Positions 28,768 through 38,577 of a DNA stretch of 64,000 bases are shown one piece after another (within the stretch, counting starts at the first letter, position 1; every line of letters starts with the position of its first letter). The DNA comes from Nitrospiraceae bacterium (GTDB lineage: Bacteria > Nitrospirota > Nitrospiria > Nitrospirales > Nitrospiraceae). The translations under genes were made by a program, and so were the position numbers. Below the pieces are notes generated by a model. It did no database searches and had not been told where the DNA came from. It saw nothing but the letters and a program-made list of their open reading frames with translations. Where the stretch lies: assembly GCA_050246315.1 (NCBI GenBank), contig JBFWWG010000002.1, forward strand, positions 428,811-492,810. Direction: 5' to 3'.

Positions 28768-29902
28768 CCCCGACTTCGACGACCTCTGCCGGAGCGTCGC
28801 GGAAGTCGGCATCCTCTGCCACTTGATCGTCGAGCGGACCGGTGACCGGTACACGATCCTCTCCGGTCACCATCGCTACGAAGCAGCCATCCGAGCCAAG
28901 TACGGCGAGGTGCCGTGCAGCATCGCCACCACGCTGGAAGAAAAGATCGCCGCCCTGTTCGACAACGTCCATCGCCGCCACCTGTCACCCCAGGACCAGG
29001 AGCGCCTTCGGCAGTGCGAGGCCGATTGGAAACGCAAGGCCCTTCAAAGCCTCATCCCGGAACTGCAGGCCCTGATTCCGTATCTTCCGGGCGAGATCAA
29101 GTTGACCCTCGCCGCCGCCTCGCCCGAACGGCAACGCGCCTATCTCACGGAGCTTCAGCAACGGCTCACCGCTCACAGCAGCTCCGCTGCACCAGTCGCC
29201 CCGGCTGCCGAGCAGAGCTCGTTGATTCACGATCTCCGGCAGCAAGTCCAGGAGAAACAGCTCCAGATCCAGTCCCTCAACAACCAGATCACCGCACTCC
29301 AACAAACGCTCAAGCAGGCGAAGTCCCTCGCCACGACCCTGACCTCGAAACAGAAGGCAACCAACGCGACCGTCGATCATGCCGTGCAGAGCCGTTTCCA
29401 GACCGAGCTTGAGGACTTCAGACAACGACTGGAGGACCTCTCCAAGCAGCTGCAAGCGGCTCACAAGGACAAGGAGACACTGGAAGAGCAACTCCAGCAG
29501 GAACGCAACCGTATCAAAGCCATGGAGGCAGAGGTCAAAGCCGCTGCGCTCCAACAGCAGCAGGCGGTCGGCCGATTCCAGGACTCGCTCCGCCACATCC
29601 CCGGCCCCGAACTCCTGTCCAACGGACTCGATTGTGCCAGTCAAATCCTTGCCACCTTGGCCGTCTATGCGAAGACGATCACGACCTGGAATCCTGGAAC
29701 CCCGGACCATGCGGCGAAGACCTTGCGCAAAGTAGAGCAACAGCTCGGACTGCTGCAGCAGGCCATTTCGGCGGCCACCCGCAGGGGACAGGACGCTCAT
29801 CCCGTCGGGAACGGGACGCCCAAACTCAGCGTGGTTGGGGCCGGTGCCTCCAAACCGAACACTGGACGGCCAAGGGATAGAGGCAAATCACTGGACGGGT
29901 GA
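28688..29902 (+). CDS. ParB/Srx N-terminal domain protein with long coiled coil
   Basis: L..SV...GIL..LIV...YTILSGHHRYEAA, N..RRHLS; Gln/Leu heptads. Confidence 0.8.
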   Translation: MQPSVMIPVNQLIVNPEYRDLFPPLADPDFDDLCRSVAEVGILCHLIVERTGDRYTILSGHHRYEAAIRAKYGEVPCSIATTLEEKIAALFDNVHRRHLSPQDQERLRQCEADWKRKALQSLIPELQALIPYLPGEIKLTLAAASPERQRAYLTELQQRLTAHSSSAAPVAPAAEQSSLIHDLRQQVQEKQLQIQSLNNQITALQQTLKQAKSLATTLTSKQKATNATVDHAVQSRFQTELEDFRQRLEDLSKQLQAAHKDKETLEEQLQQERNRIKAMEAEVKAAALQQQQAVGRFQDSLRHIPGPELLSNGLDCASQILATLAVYAKTITTWNPGTPDHAAKTLRKVEQQLGLLQQAISAATRRGQDAHPVGNGTPKLSVVGAGASKPNTGRPRDRGKSLDG

Positions 29903-29940
29903 CCATCCGTTGGGGCCAATGCTGACAGAGGGCTTCAGGA

Positions 29941-29958
29941 CCTAGCCAAGTGGCTAGG
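29941..29958. promoter_or_regulatory. Palindrome upstream of MarR gene
   Basis: CCTAGCCA-AG-TGGCTAGG. Confidence 0.4.
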
Positions 29959-29971
29959 CTGCCCCCTACGA

Positions 29972-30733
29972 ATGTCTAGGTGTGCAGAGGATCGTTTTGC
30001 TGGTATAAGAGCCATGCACCATCACAACCGTGTAAACCCTGACCCAGAGCCACGTTGCTCGATGGACTGTCTTGACACATCAACGCGCTCTCCCTGCCAC
30101 GGTGTCGCCAACGCCACGCTGGCGAAGACCACGCTCCTGCAGCGCATCCGTGTGGCCCTCAGCAAGATCAGCATCTATAACCAGATCGCCAAAGAACCCG
30201 AATCCTGCCCCTCTTCGCTGATTGAACAACAAATCCTCACGCTGCTGCTCGCCTCGCAGCTCCACAGCATGTTCCGGAGCAGCCTCGTGCGGGCGCTCGA
30301 TGTGTGCTGTTCGAGCCTCGACGACGCCATTCACCAGCTCGTCACCAAGGATCTCATTCACGTGCATCCCACCGACCTTCCCTCAAAAGACGTGCTGCTG
30401 ACTCTGGAACCAGCCGGAGCGCTCGCCGCCCATCGCCTCCTCCAATGGCCCCATGTGCTCGACTCCGTCCTTGAATCACTCAGTCCTGCCACCCAGGAGG
30501 AATTGTACGCCCACCTGCTCAACACCCTCCTGCAGCTTCAGGAGGCCAGGCAGATCCCCACCAGTCTGATGTGTCTCACCTGCCGGCACTTCCGGCCCAG
30601 GCAATACCCGGAGAATCCGGAGAAGCCGCACCATTGCGCCTTTGTCGATGCCCCATTCGGTGACCGGGACCTGCAGATCGACTGCCCTGAACATTCCGAC
30701 TCCGCCCCTCTACCGCACCGTCCCATCATCTAG
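29972..30733 (+). CDS. MarR-like regulator with C-terminal Cys/His cluster (start uncertain)
   Basis: wHTH-like core; MCLTCRHF...HHCAF...DCPEH. Confidence 0.7.
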   Translation: MSRCAEDRFAGIRAMHHHNRVNPDPEPRCSMDCLDTSTRSPCHGVANATLAKTTLLQRIRVALSKISIYNQIAKEPESCPSSLIEQQILTLLLASQLHSMFRSSLVRALDVCCSSLDDAIHQLVTKDLIHVHPTDLPSKDVLLTLEPAGALAAHRLLQWPHVLDSVLESLSPATQEELYAHLLNTLLQLQEARQIPTSLMCLTCRHFRPRQYPENPEKPHHCAFVDAPFGDRDLQIDCPEHSDSAPLPHRPII

Positions 30734-30818
30734 CCACTCGTTCTGTCGGAGCCCGGCGCCATCCTCTCGTTCAGGGGCGTCCGCGAGTGCCGCTCCACCT
30801 GCCGTCGCGTTGTAATAC

Positions 30819-31487
30819 ATGGGTAGATTGGACTCAGATCGCCATGATCTTCCGCCTACTCTGCTCGGGGACACGACTCGCCTGTTCCTGCGAGCAGGAC
30901 CGATGACCGCCGCAGGCAAGAGCCCGACGCGGTTCGCGTTCACCTTCCACGCGACCGTCTTCAGGAAGGATCCCGCGTTTGTCGCTCGTGTCACATGGGA
31001 CTTCACCCAACAAAAGATCCATCGCGAACACGCGCCGCTCGAACGGAAGCCAAAAGGCCGCTTTCACGCGGAGGTCACCGGAACGTTCACCGCGTCGGTC
31101 GGGGACATCATCGAGGCGCAGCGCGGACGGACGAAAGAGCGCGACAGCCGCGCGTTCTTCCTTGTCGCCCCCTCCGGGACACTGATCCTGGTCGCGTTGG
31201 CGGACGAATTGGATGACGTGATTCGCGTCGGCAACTATCTCGCCGGCCGGCTCGCGGTCGAGGACCTTGGGAAGGGAGGCTGGGTCTTCGATAAAGTGCG
31301 GAGCGATTGGCACGGCGAGCCGGTCAGTGGGGAACCGCGGCAATTTGAGTGGACGCCATCACCCAGTTCATCCCTGTCGAGAGACAACATGGATCACCGC
31401 AAACCGGATCTCCTTGACGAACTCTCACGGCCAGACGCGATTCCCGCGGCGAAGGGCAGAATCCGCCGGGTTCGCCATCCCGGCTGA
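30819..31487 (+). CDS. Hypothetical protein
   Basis: 222-aa ORF with globular composition. Confidence 0.55.
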   Translation: MGRLDSDRHDLPPTLLGDTTRLFLRAGPMTAAGKSPTRFAFTFHATVFRKDPAFVARVTWDFTQQKIHREHAPLERKPKGRFHAEVTGTFTASVGDIIEAQRGRTKERDSRAFFLVAPSGTLILVALADELDDVIRVGNYLAGRLAVEDLGKGGWVFDKVRSDWHGEPVSGEPRQFEWTPSPSSSLSRDNMDHRKPDLLDELSRPDAIPAAKGRIRRVRHPG

Positions 31488-31619
31488 GCAGGAACCGCTC
31501 AATCCTCACGCTGTGGTAGTCCCCCAAGGGATCGGGGGAACAGCAGCGCTGGACTGTGGGAGGAGTCCTGCCCTCGCTGACAACGGCACCACGGCATGAG
31601 CCGCGATCAGTGGACGACC

Positions 31620-31830
31620 ATCCTCGCTGGCTTGACCCCGACGACACTCCTGTCAGTGACATCATGGTTCCGCTGAGTCCGAACATAACGATCGCCGGCA
31701 ATTCCTCGGTGCAACAGGCCGTGGACTGCATGCTGGTTCGCGGGCGAGATCAGCTGCTTGTGTTTGATGGCTCCACGTTTCCCGGATTGCTCACCCGGTC
31801 CGCCATCACGCGGATGAGAGCGGCGGTGCC
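31620..31830 (+). pseudogene. Single CBS-domain remnant
   Basis: TPVSDIMVPL...SSVQQAVDCM...LLVFD...GLLTRSAI; no partner CBS domain; runs into the traD 3' end. Confidence 0.5.
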
Positions 31831-33284
31831 TGAGCGGGACCGTGCTTGGTGGCGTCTGGGGAAGCCGCCGGGGACTCGGCCGACATGAGGGGACTGACCA
31901 CGGGGAACTTCACATTTGCATAGAGAGGCGTCGTATCCAAGGTCTGGCCCTTATACGTCTGCCCGTACGTGCGGAAATAAAACCACCGTTTCGGGAGCGA
32001 CATCACACGATCACGCAGCACCTGACGCTGCTCCGCCATTCTCATGGTTACCCCTCCGCCGAGCGTAATAATTGGCTCAGGTCTGGTGACCAGCGGCGTC
32101 GAATCCTCCACGTATTGCGCGGTCTCCGGATGGTTCAGCAGGAAGTATGCCCAGGAACTGATGTTGTCGATGATACTCTGCGCCACGTACGGCCCCACTT
32201 CCTCCTGAATCTGCGCCAGGGACTGCGTATAGAGATGAATCCAGATATTGGCCCCACCGCCCTTATTGAACAGCTCCTTGATATCGGGGTAGAGCACGTT
32301 ATGGCCCTCGTCGATGTGCAGGCACAAGGGCGGAGTGAGCGCACGCCCGGAGGCAAACAGGCGTCCCACCAGGCTCTGAATCATGGAGATGAACACCTTC
32401 GCGATAATATGCGCCGTCCGGCGCGTCAAGAGCGTCCCGGTATTGCACACCAGAATCACGCGCTTTCCGGATTCGAGCCGCCGAATGAATTCGTTCGTCT
32501 TCGCTTTGCCGATGATCCGTCCGGTCGTGCCGAACGTCAGAGCGGACAACATGGTTTGCAGCGATGCGGACACCTTCGCGTAGAAGTCCTGCATATTCGG
32601 GCCGTGGGTGATCTGATCGATCGCCAGACAGAGCTCCTCCGTCCCGGGGAGCGCCTGCAACGTATCGCGGAATTGCATCAGATCCTTGTGCCCCACCCGA
32701 AGCTTCACGTCGTAGAAGGAGATTTGAGGAAGGATCCCCTTCGCCTTGGCGAGCACGATCAGCCCCGAGACCACCACCTGGGCCACCTGGGTCGCAATCG
32801 CAATGTAGAAATCCTCCCGCGCCTTGATCCCAGAGACGATGTGATTCACCAGCTCGTCTTCCATGTAGTAACTCGACAACGGGTCCAGGTAAACCGACTC
32901 ATCGGGAAAGATCGGCGTGAGCAGCATCAATTCCTCGAGCCGCCCGCACTCGGCCGCTGTCTGCACGACCTTTGAAAACAACTCGATATCTCCCTTCGGA
33001 TCGACCACGACCACCGAGTAGCCCTTCCTGATGTCCTGCTCGACGATATTCTCCATCAGGCGCGTCTTGCCCACCCGCGTGGTTCCCAGACACCCGAAAT
33101 GGCCACTCCGATCGGCATCCCGAATCGCAAACACACCTTCATGCCGAATGTCGTCGAGATTGGCGCCGAATCCCAACAACGTCAGGTCTGGATGAACTGG
33201 TCGCAGTCGACCCTTGCTGTTGAGCGCACGGAGTAGCTCCAACGAAGACGCCGTTTTCGCGGCCACGTTGCTTGATCCCGACAT
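31806..33284 (-). CDS. traD: Type IV coupling protein (TraD family)
   Basis: GHFGCLGTTRVGKTR, VVDPKGD, LHIDEG, LFNKGGGA, YTQS. Confidence 0.88.
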   Translation of the reverse strand: MSGSSNVAAKTASSLELLRALNSKGRLRPVHPDLTLLGFGANLDDIRHEGVFAIRDADRSGHFGCLGTTRVGKTRLMENIVEQDIRKGYSVVVVDPKGDIELFSKVVQTAAECGRLEELMLLTPIFPDESVYLDPLSSYYMEDELVNHIVSGIKAREDFYIAIATQVAQVVVSGLIVLAKAKGILPQISFYDVKLRVGHKDLMQFRDTLQALPGTEELCLAIDQITHGPNMQDFYAKVSASLQTMLSALTFGTTGRIIGKAKTNEFIRRLESGKRVILVCNTGTLLTRRTAHIIAKVFISMIQSLVGRLFASGRALTPPLCLHIDEGHNVLYPDIKELFNKGGGANIWIHLYTQSLAQIQEEVGPYVAQSIIDNISSWAYFLLNHPETAQYVEDSTPLVTRPEPIITLGGGVTMRMAEQRQVLRDRVMSLPKRWFYFRTYGQTYKGQTLDTTPLYANVKFPVVSPLMSAESPAASPDATKHGPAQAPPLSSA

Positions 33285-33513
33285 ACTCCGGTACTACCAC
33301 CGTCCCGATCTCCATGACGCCCCATTCCCACTCCCACCCATCAGAACGCCCGATCATTTCCCCACATTCCGGTCTGAACCAGAGAGCGGCCCTGGTACCT
33401 CATCGACCCTGATGTTCTCGAACACGCAGACTGGCATGCACAGGAAGTAATTCTGGATAGGGAGCCTTCACCGTTCGATATCCGACCACCTTCAACACAG
33501 CGACAGGTTACTG

Positions 33514-35769
33514 ATGACGACCCACACCACGAATTCCGTGCCAGGAGCCACCCATGAACGCAGTCCCCTCTCGGAGAACGCTCTCACCGTCCTCCGCGAA
33601 CGGTACCTGGCCAAGGACGATCATGGGACTCCGATCGAGACGGTGGACCAGCTCTGGGAGCGCGTCGCTCGCGAGATTGCCGTTGTCGAGACCTTGTACG
33701 GTGCGACGGCCGAGGAGGTCGACTCGGTCCAGGAGCAGTTCAGGCATCTGCTCGCCTCTCGAAAATTCCTGCCTAATTCCCCCACCCTCATGAACGCCGG
33801 CCGCGCCGGAGCCCACAAACAATACTCCGCCTGCTTCGTCATCCCCATCGAAGACGACATGGAGTCCATTGGGAACGCCGTGACAGCCGCGTTGCTGATT
33901 CACAAGAGCGGAGGAGGTACGGGATTTTCGTTCTCTAAGTTGCGTCCGAAGGGCGATCGCGTGAGGAGTTCGGGCGGCGTGGCGTCCGGCCCGGTCTCCT
34001 TCATGAAGATCATCGACGGCGCCACCGAACAGGTACGCCAGGGTGGAACCCGCAGGGGGGCGAACATGGGCATTCTCCACGTCCAGCACCCGGACATCTT
34101 GGACTTCGTGAGTTGCAAGACTCAGGACGGCCAGATCCGCAACTTCAACATCAGCGTGGCCGCCACCGACGAGTTCATGACAGCGGTCAAGGAGGACAGG
34201 CCCTACGCCCTGATTAATCCCCGCACGAAGCACCCTGTCCAGGAAGTCTCCGCACGGCTGGTCTTCGATCGCATCGTCGAGGAGGCCTGGAAGACCGGCG
34301 ATCCCGGGCTTTTCTTCATTGACCGCGCGAACCGGGCCTGCCCCATTCCCGCGATGGGCGAAATCGTCTCGACCAATCCCTGCGGTGAGATCCCTCTGCA
34401 TGGCTTCGATGCCTGCACGCTCGGCTCGATCGATCTGGCCAAACATCTTCGTCTCCAGCCCGGCCAGCGCCACTACGAGATGGACTGGGGTAGCCTCGAC
34501 CAGACGATCCGACTCGCGGTTCGATTCCTGGACAATACCATTGATGCCAACGACCATCCGCTTCCCGAGATCAACAGCATGACGCGACACACCCGCCGCA
34601 TCGGCCTCGGGATCATGGGCTATGCCCGGTTGTTGATGGCCTTGGGCCTTCCCTACGGGAGCGAAGAAGCCCTCCGAATTACGGAGCGGACCGCGGACCG
34701 GATGAAAGCCATGGCTTGGCGAGCGTCAGAGGAATTGGCCCACACACGAAGCGTCTATCCCGCTTGGAATGGAAGCACGCATGAACAGGAAGGGAGAAAG
34801 GTCCGCCACAGCTACGTCACGACCGTGGCGCCGACAGGCAGCATCAGCATGATCGCCGATACGAGCGCGGGCTGTGAGCCCGAGTTCGCGCTGGTCTGGT
34901 TCAAGCAGGTCCTCGAAGGCAAGAAGCTCCCCTACCTGTGCGACCTCTTCGAAGCCACGGCCAGGCGCGAAGGCTGGTGGCACGATCATCTCCTCGACAA
35001 GATCGCCGCCAACCACGGGTCTTGCCGTGGGCTCCAGGAAGTCCCTGACCACTGGCAAAACGTCTTTACCGTGGCTCACGATCTCACCCCTGAGCAGCAT
35101 GTCCGGGTCCAGGCTGCCTGGCAGCGCTTTAGCGACACCGCCGTGAGCAAGACCATCAACCTGCGAGGCACGTCCACGATAGAAGATGTCCGCCACGCCT
35201 ACCTGCTCGCCTGGGAACTCGATTGCAGCGGTATCACGGTCTACCGCGATGGGAGCCGCGCCAACCAGGTGCTGAATCTCGGCAAGGCGGACAGCGATGG
35301 GAAGGTTCGCGATCACGGAGCAAGCGAGGCGGAGGACGGAGACCTCCCTGTCGCCAACCCCTTCGAGCTACCGGATGTCCTGGACGCGAAGCGCGTGCAT
35401 GTGAACACCACCGATGGTCACGTCTACGTCACGATTTCGACCTTCAGGACCAGGCCGATCGAGGTCTTCATCCACACGCCCGTCGAGGCCAGCAACGCTG
35501 AAATCTACGAATCCTTTGCGCGGGTGCTCTCCATCTCCTTACGATCGGGGGTGCCCGTGGAGGCCTTGCTCGAACAACTCGAAAAAGCCAACCAACGATA
35601 CGGATCGGTCGCAAGCATCCCAGCCGCCATCATCCGAGCACTCCGCATGAGCCAACTGGTCAAAGAGAACGGCAACGGCCTCCCTCCCTGCCCGCAATGC
35701 GGCCAGAGCACCATTCGGCAGGAGAACTGCCTCGTGTGCCGGCAATGCGGCTGGACCAAGTGCAGCTGA
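33514..35769 (+). CDS. nrdJ: Class II (AdoCbl-dependent) ribonucleotide reductase
   Basis: FLPNSPTLMNAG, SACFV, GGTRRGANM, TNPCGE, RRIGLG, APTGSIS, C-terminal Cys ribbon; no nrdB nearby. Confidence 0.92.
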   Translation: MTTHTTNSVPGATHERSPLSENALTVLRERYLAKDDHGTPIETVDQLWERVAREIAVVETLYGATAEEVDSVQEQFRHLLASRKFLPNSPTLMNAGRAGAHKQYSACFVIPIEDDMESIGNAVTAALLIHKSGGGTGFSFSKLRPKGDRVRSSGGVASGPVSFMKIIDGATEQVRQGGTRRGANMGILHVQHPDILDFVSCKTQDGQIRNFNISVAATDEFMTAVKEDRPYALINPRTKHPVQEVSARLVFDRIVEEAWKTGDPGLFFIDRANRACPIPAMGEIVSTNPCGEIPLHGFDACTLGSIDLAKHLRLQPGQRHYEMDWGSLDQTIRLAVRFLDNTIDANDHPLPEINSMTRHTRRIGLGIMGYARLLMALGLPYGSEEALRITERTADRMKAMAWRASEELAHTRSVYPAWNGSTHEQEGRKVRHSYVTTVAPTGSISMIADTSAGCEPEFALVWFKQVLEGKKLPYLCDLFEATARREGWWHDHLLDKIAANHGSCRGLQEVPDHWQNVFTVAHDLTPEQHVRVQAAWQRFSDTAVSKTINLRGTSTIEDVRHAYLLAWELDCSGITVYRDGSRANQVLNLGKADSDGKVRDHGASEAEDGDLPVANPFELPDVLDAKRVHVNTTDGHVYVTISTFRTRPIEVFIHTPVEASNAEIYESFARVLSISLRSGVPVEALLEQLEKANQRYGSVASIPAAIIRALRMSQLVKENGNGLPPCPQCGQSTIRQENCLVCRQCGWTKCS

Positions 35770-35799
35770 CGGTTTACCCATTATATAGAGAGGTCGGTC

Positions 35800-36405
35800 A
35801 TGCCTCCCCAGTCGCTTCCACCATCCGTCCCGCTCAACGCGGCGACCATGACGCCGAGAACGGATCAGAACGTCGGGCTTCAGGTCGGATGGACCGTGGT
35901 CTACCGCGATGCTAACGACCGACTGCAGGATGGCAGGATCATCGAGATCCTCGACCCGAGCGCAAACGGCCGCGTCAATCTGGATTCCGGGGTCACCCTC
36001 CCCATTGCCAAGATCACCGCCGTCAAGGCCGTCGATCAAGCCGGCCACTGCCTCGCCGCCTGGACCGTCAACCCGCACGGCTACGATGGCACCAGGTCCG
36101 CCACTGTCCCGGTGCTCACCGGTCCGGACCGGTGGCTCAAACGGTTCCGCCGCTTGGCCGAACTCACCGCCGGCATCACCAGCAACGATCCACGATTCCC
36201 TTCTATCATGCAACTCCTTAACCAATGCGACAAGGCCTATGTCCGCGGCCAGGACGAATCGTTCATTCAGTGCGCGCGCCAAGTCGTCGCACTCGTCAAC
36301 GCTCCCGTCTCCAGACAAACCGCTTCCACCGAATCCGGCGAGCGTGCTCCATCTCAACGAGCCGCCCAGCGACCGTCACAGTCATCCGATCCTTCCCCCA
36401 CGTAA
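35800..36405 (+). CDS. Hypothetical protein
   Basis: GAGAGG RBS, 201 aa, within the + strand operon. Confidence 0.65.
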   Translation: MPPQSLPPSVPLNAATMTPRTDQNVGLQVGWTVVYRDANDRLQDGRIIEILDPSANGRVNLDSGVTLPIAKITAVKAVDQAGHCLAAWTVNPHGYDGTRSATVPVLTGPDRWLKRFRRLAELTAGITSNDPRFPSIMQLLNQCDKAYVRGQDESFIQCARQVVALVNAPVSRQTASTESGERAPSQRAAQRPSQSSDPSPT

Positions 36406-36453
36406 CCGTCTCCTCAGTCTCTCTCGCATCGACCCATCACGAAGGAGCATGCC

Positions 36454-37980
36454 ATGCAGACTTCCATGCCTGATCTCGTGGCGCAGTTCGTCCGCGCCCG
36501 CAGGGTCTCCGTTCCTCTGCTCGCCATCACCACACCAGATCCTGCCGCCACGATCGGCCTGATCCGGACCTACGGGTTGCGCAGTCCCGGCTCCGATCAG
36601 GAAGACCCCGTTTTTTCCTGGGACGTCAGCCGAGGGCTCATGCCGGTCAACAGCGCGGCGGACAAGGCCTTGGCTGCGCTGCTGGGAACAGGCAAAGCCA
36701 ACGTCACGATCAATCCCTCGGAAACCCTCAAGCTCCTCGCGAATGTGCCCCCGAAGAGCGTGGTGTTCTTTCACAATGCCCACCGCTTCATTCGCAACGA
36801 GTTTGTCTCGCAAGGGATCTGGAATCTGCGCGATGTCTTCAAAGGGAAACCGGCGATCCTCGTCTTGCTGGCTCCCGCCATCGACGTGCCGACGGAACTC
36901 TTCCATGATCTGCTGGTCCTGGAAGAAACCTTGCCAGGCCGGGAGCAACTGGCCGCGACCATCAAGGACCAATGCGTCCAGGCGCAGATCGAGCCTCCCT
37001 CCGAAGACGTCATGGCTCAGGCAGTCTCAGCCCTCCAGGGGCTCGCCGCCTTTCCGGCCGAACAGGTCGTGGCCCTCTCGCTCGGCAAAGCGAAGGGCCT
37101 CAACCTGGCGCGGCTCTGGGAACGGAAACGGCAAATGATCAACGCGACACCCGGCCTCTCCGTGTGGAGCGGGAACGAACGGTTTCAGGATATCGGCGGC
37201 GTGCAAGCCGCCAAAGACTTCCTGGTCAGGCTCTTCACCGGCAATGCTCCACCGAAGGCCGTCGTCTTCCTGGATGAGATCGAGAAGATGTTCAGCGGCT
37301 CCCTGTCCTCCAATCAGGATACGTCGGGCGTCACCGTCTCCATGTTGGGCACGCTGCTCACCTACATGCAAGACCACAAGGCGAGAGGCATCATCTTCGT
37401 CGGCCCGCCAGGGACCTGCAAATCCATGGTGGCCAAAGCCAGCGGCACGGAAGCCGGGGTGCCAGCGATCTGCTTCGACCTCGGCGCCATGAAAGCCTCG
37501 CTCGTGGGTCAATCGGAAGGCCAGCTGCGGCAAGCGCTCAGCGTCGTCAGCGCCGTCGCCGAAGACAATGTGCTGTTCATCGCTACCAGCAACAATGTGA
37601 GCGCCCTCCCCCCGGAGCTGCTCCGCCGCTTCAAATACGGCATCATGTTCTTCGACCTGCCCTCCGCCTCGGAGCGGGACAGCATCTGGGGCATCTATCG
37701 CAAACAGTTCCGGATCCCGGCTGAGATGGCCCAGCCGCCAGACCAGGGCTGGACCGGCGATGAGATCCGGACCTGTTGCGAGCTGAGCTGGCAGCTCGGA
37801 TGCTCCCTGGAGGAAGCCAGCGCCTACATCATCCCCGTCTCGATCCGCGCCGCGGACCAGCTCAAGGAGCTGCGCTCGCAAGCCAATTACCGGTACCTCT
37901 CCGCTAGCTACCCGGGCCCCTATCTCATGGACAAGGCCGAAGCGGCCCAGGGACCGAGCCCTCGCATGTACGTGGCCTAG
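36454..37980 (+). CDS. Ycf46-like AAA+ ATPase with permuted Walker B/Walker A order
   Basis: DIGG, VVFLDEIEK (37261-37287), GPPGTCKS (37402-37425), LVGQSE, IATSN, LPPELLRRF, FFDLP, WTGDEI. Confidence 0.9.
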   Translation: MQTSMPDLVAQFVRARRVSVPLLAITTPDPAATIGLIRTYGLRSPGSDQEDPVFSWDVSRGLMPVNSAADKALAALLGTGKANVTINPSETLKLLANVPPKSVVFFHNAHRFIRNEFVSQGIWNLRDVFKGKPAILVLLAPAIDVPTELFHDLLVLEETLPGREQLAATIKDQCVQAQIEPPSEDVMAQAVSALQGLAAFPAEQVVALSLGKAKGLNLARLWERKRQMINATPGLSVWSGNERFQDIGGVQAAKDFLVRLFTGNAPPKAVVFLDEIEKMFSGSLSSNQDTSGVTVSMLGTLLTYMQDHKARGIIFVGPPGTCKSMVAKASGTEAGVPAICFDLGAMKASLVGQSEGQLRQALSVVSAVAEDNVLFIATSNNVSALPPELLRRFKYGIMFFDLPSASERDSIWGIYRKQFRIPAEMAQPPDQGWTGDEIRTCCELSWQLGCSLEEASAYIIPVSIRAADQLKELRSQANYRYLSASYPGPYLMDKAEAAQGPSPRMYVA

Positions 37981-38017
37981 CGGAAACTCTCTCGCTTCTC
38001 GTCTCGATGAGGTCCCG

Positions 38018-38332
38018 ATGCCTTGCTGGATGACCGTCACCACCACCGTCGAACTCAAAGCCGCCGATCAGACGCTCCTCACACAGGCCGCTGAACGGCT
38101 CGGCTGGACCGTGATTCCCGAGGGAGAGGTCCTTCGCATCCAGACACCCGACGGGATGACGCTCCTCGTGTCCGCCCAGTCGGCCGTAGTTCCCCGCGGC
38201 CAGGAAGAACTGGTCACGACGCTCCAACGATCCTACGCCCACCAGATTCTTGACAGCGTGGCCTCCCGATTCGGCTGGACACTCGAATCCACCGACAGCT
38301 CGGAATCCAATTTCGTCCTCAGCAAATTCTGA
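38018..38332 (+). CDS. DUF1257/Ycf35-like small protein
   Basis: TVEL..D..LL..A...LGW and L.RSYA.......A...GW patterns; next to the Ycf46-like AAA gene. Confidence 0.55.
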   Translation: MPCWMTVTTTVELKAADQTLLTQAAERLGWTVIPEGEVLRIQTPDGMTLLVSAQSAVVPRGQEELVTTLQRSYAHQILDSVASRFGWTLESTDSSESNFVLSKF

Positions 38333-38355
38333 TATTCGCGAAGGAAGGAACCGTC

Positions 38356-38577
38356 ATGCACAGCCCTGACGCCATTCACGTGCACATCGCACAGGACGGA
38401 ACCCTGACGATCACCACGGACGACATCGGCATGCCCAACCACCGAGAGGCAGACGACTTACTCAACCTGCTGAACCAACTCGCCGGCGGCCAGACCGAAT
38501 CCATTCAGCGGCCCGAACGCCTCCTCCATGAACAGCACGACGACCATTCGCACCTTCACCACTCACATCGCGCATGA
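38356..38577 (+). CDS. DUF2997-like small protein with His-rich tail
   Basis: IHVHIAQDGTLTITT N-terminus; HEQHDDHSHLHHSH tail. Confidence 0.55.
   Translation: MHSPDAIHVHIAQDGTLTITTDDIGMPNHREADDLLNLLNQLAGGQTESIQRPERLLHEQHDDHSHLHHSHRA

Noticed and set aside
29949..30738. 9-bp inverted match (AGTGGCTAG / CTAGCCACT) flanking the MarR gene
   Set aside because: Too short to distinguish from chance; no target duplication or transposase
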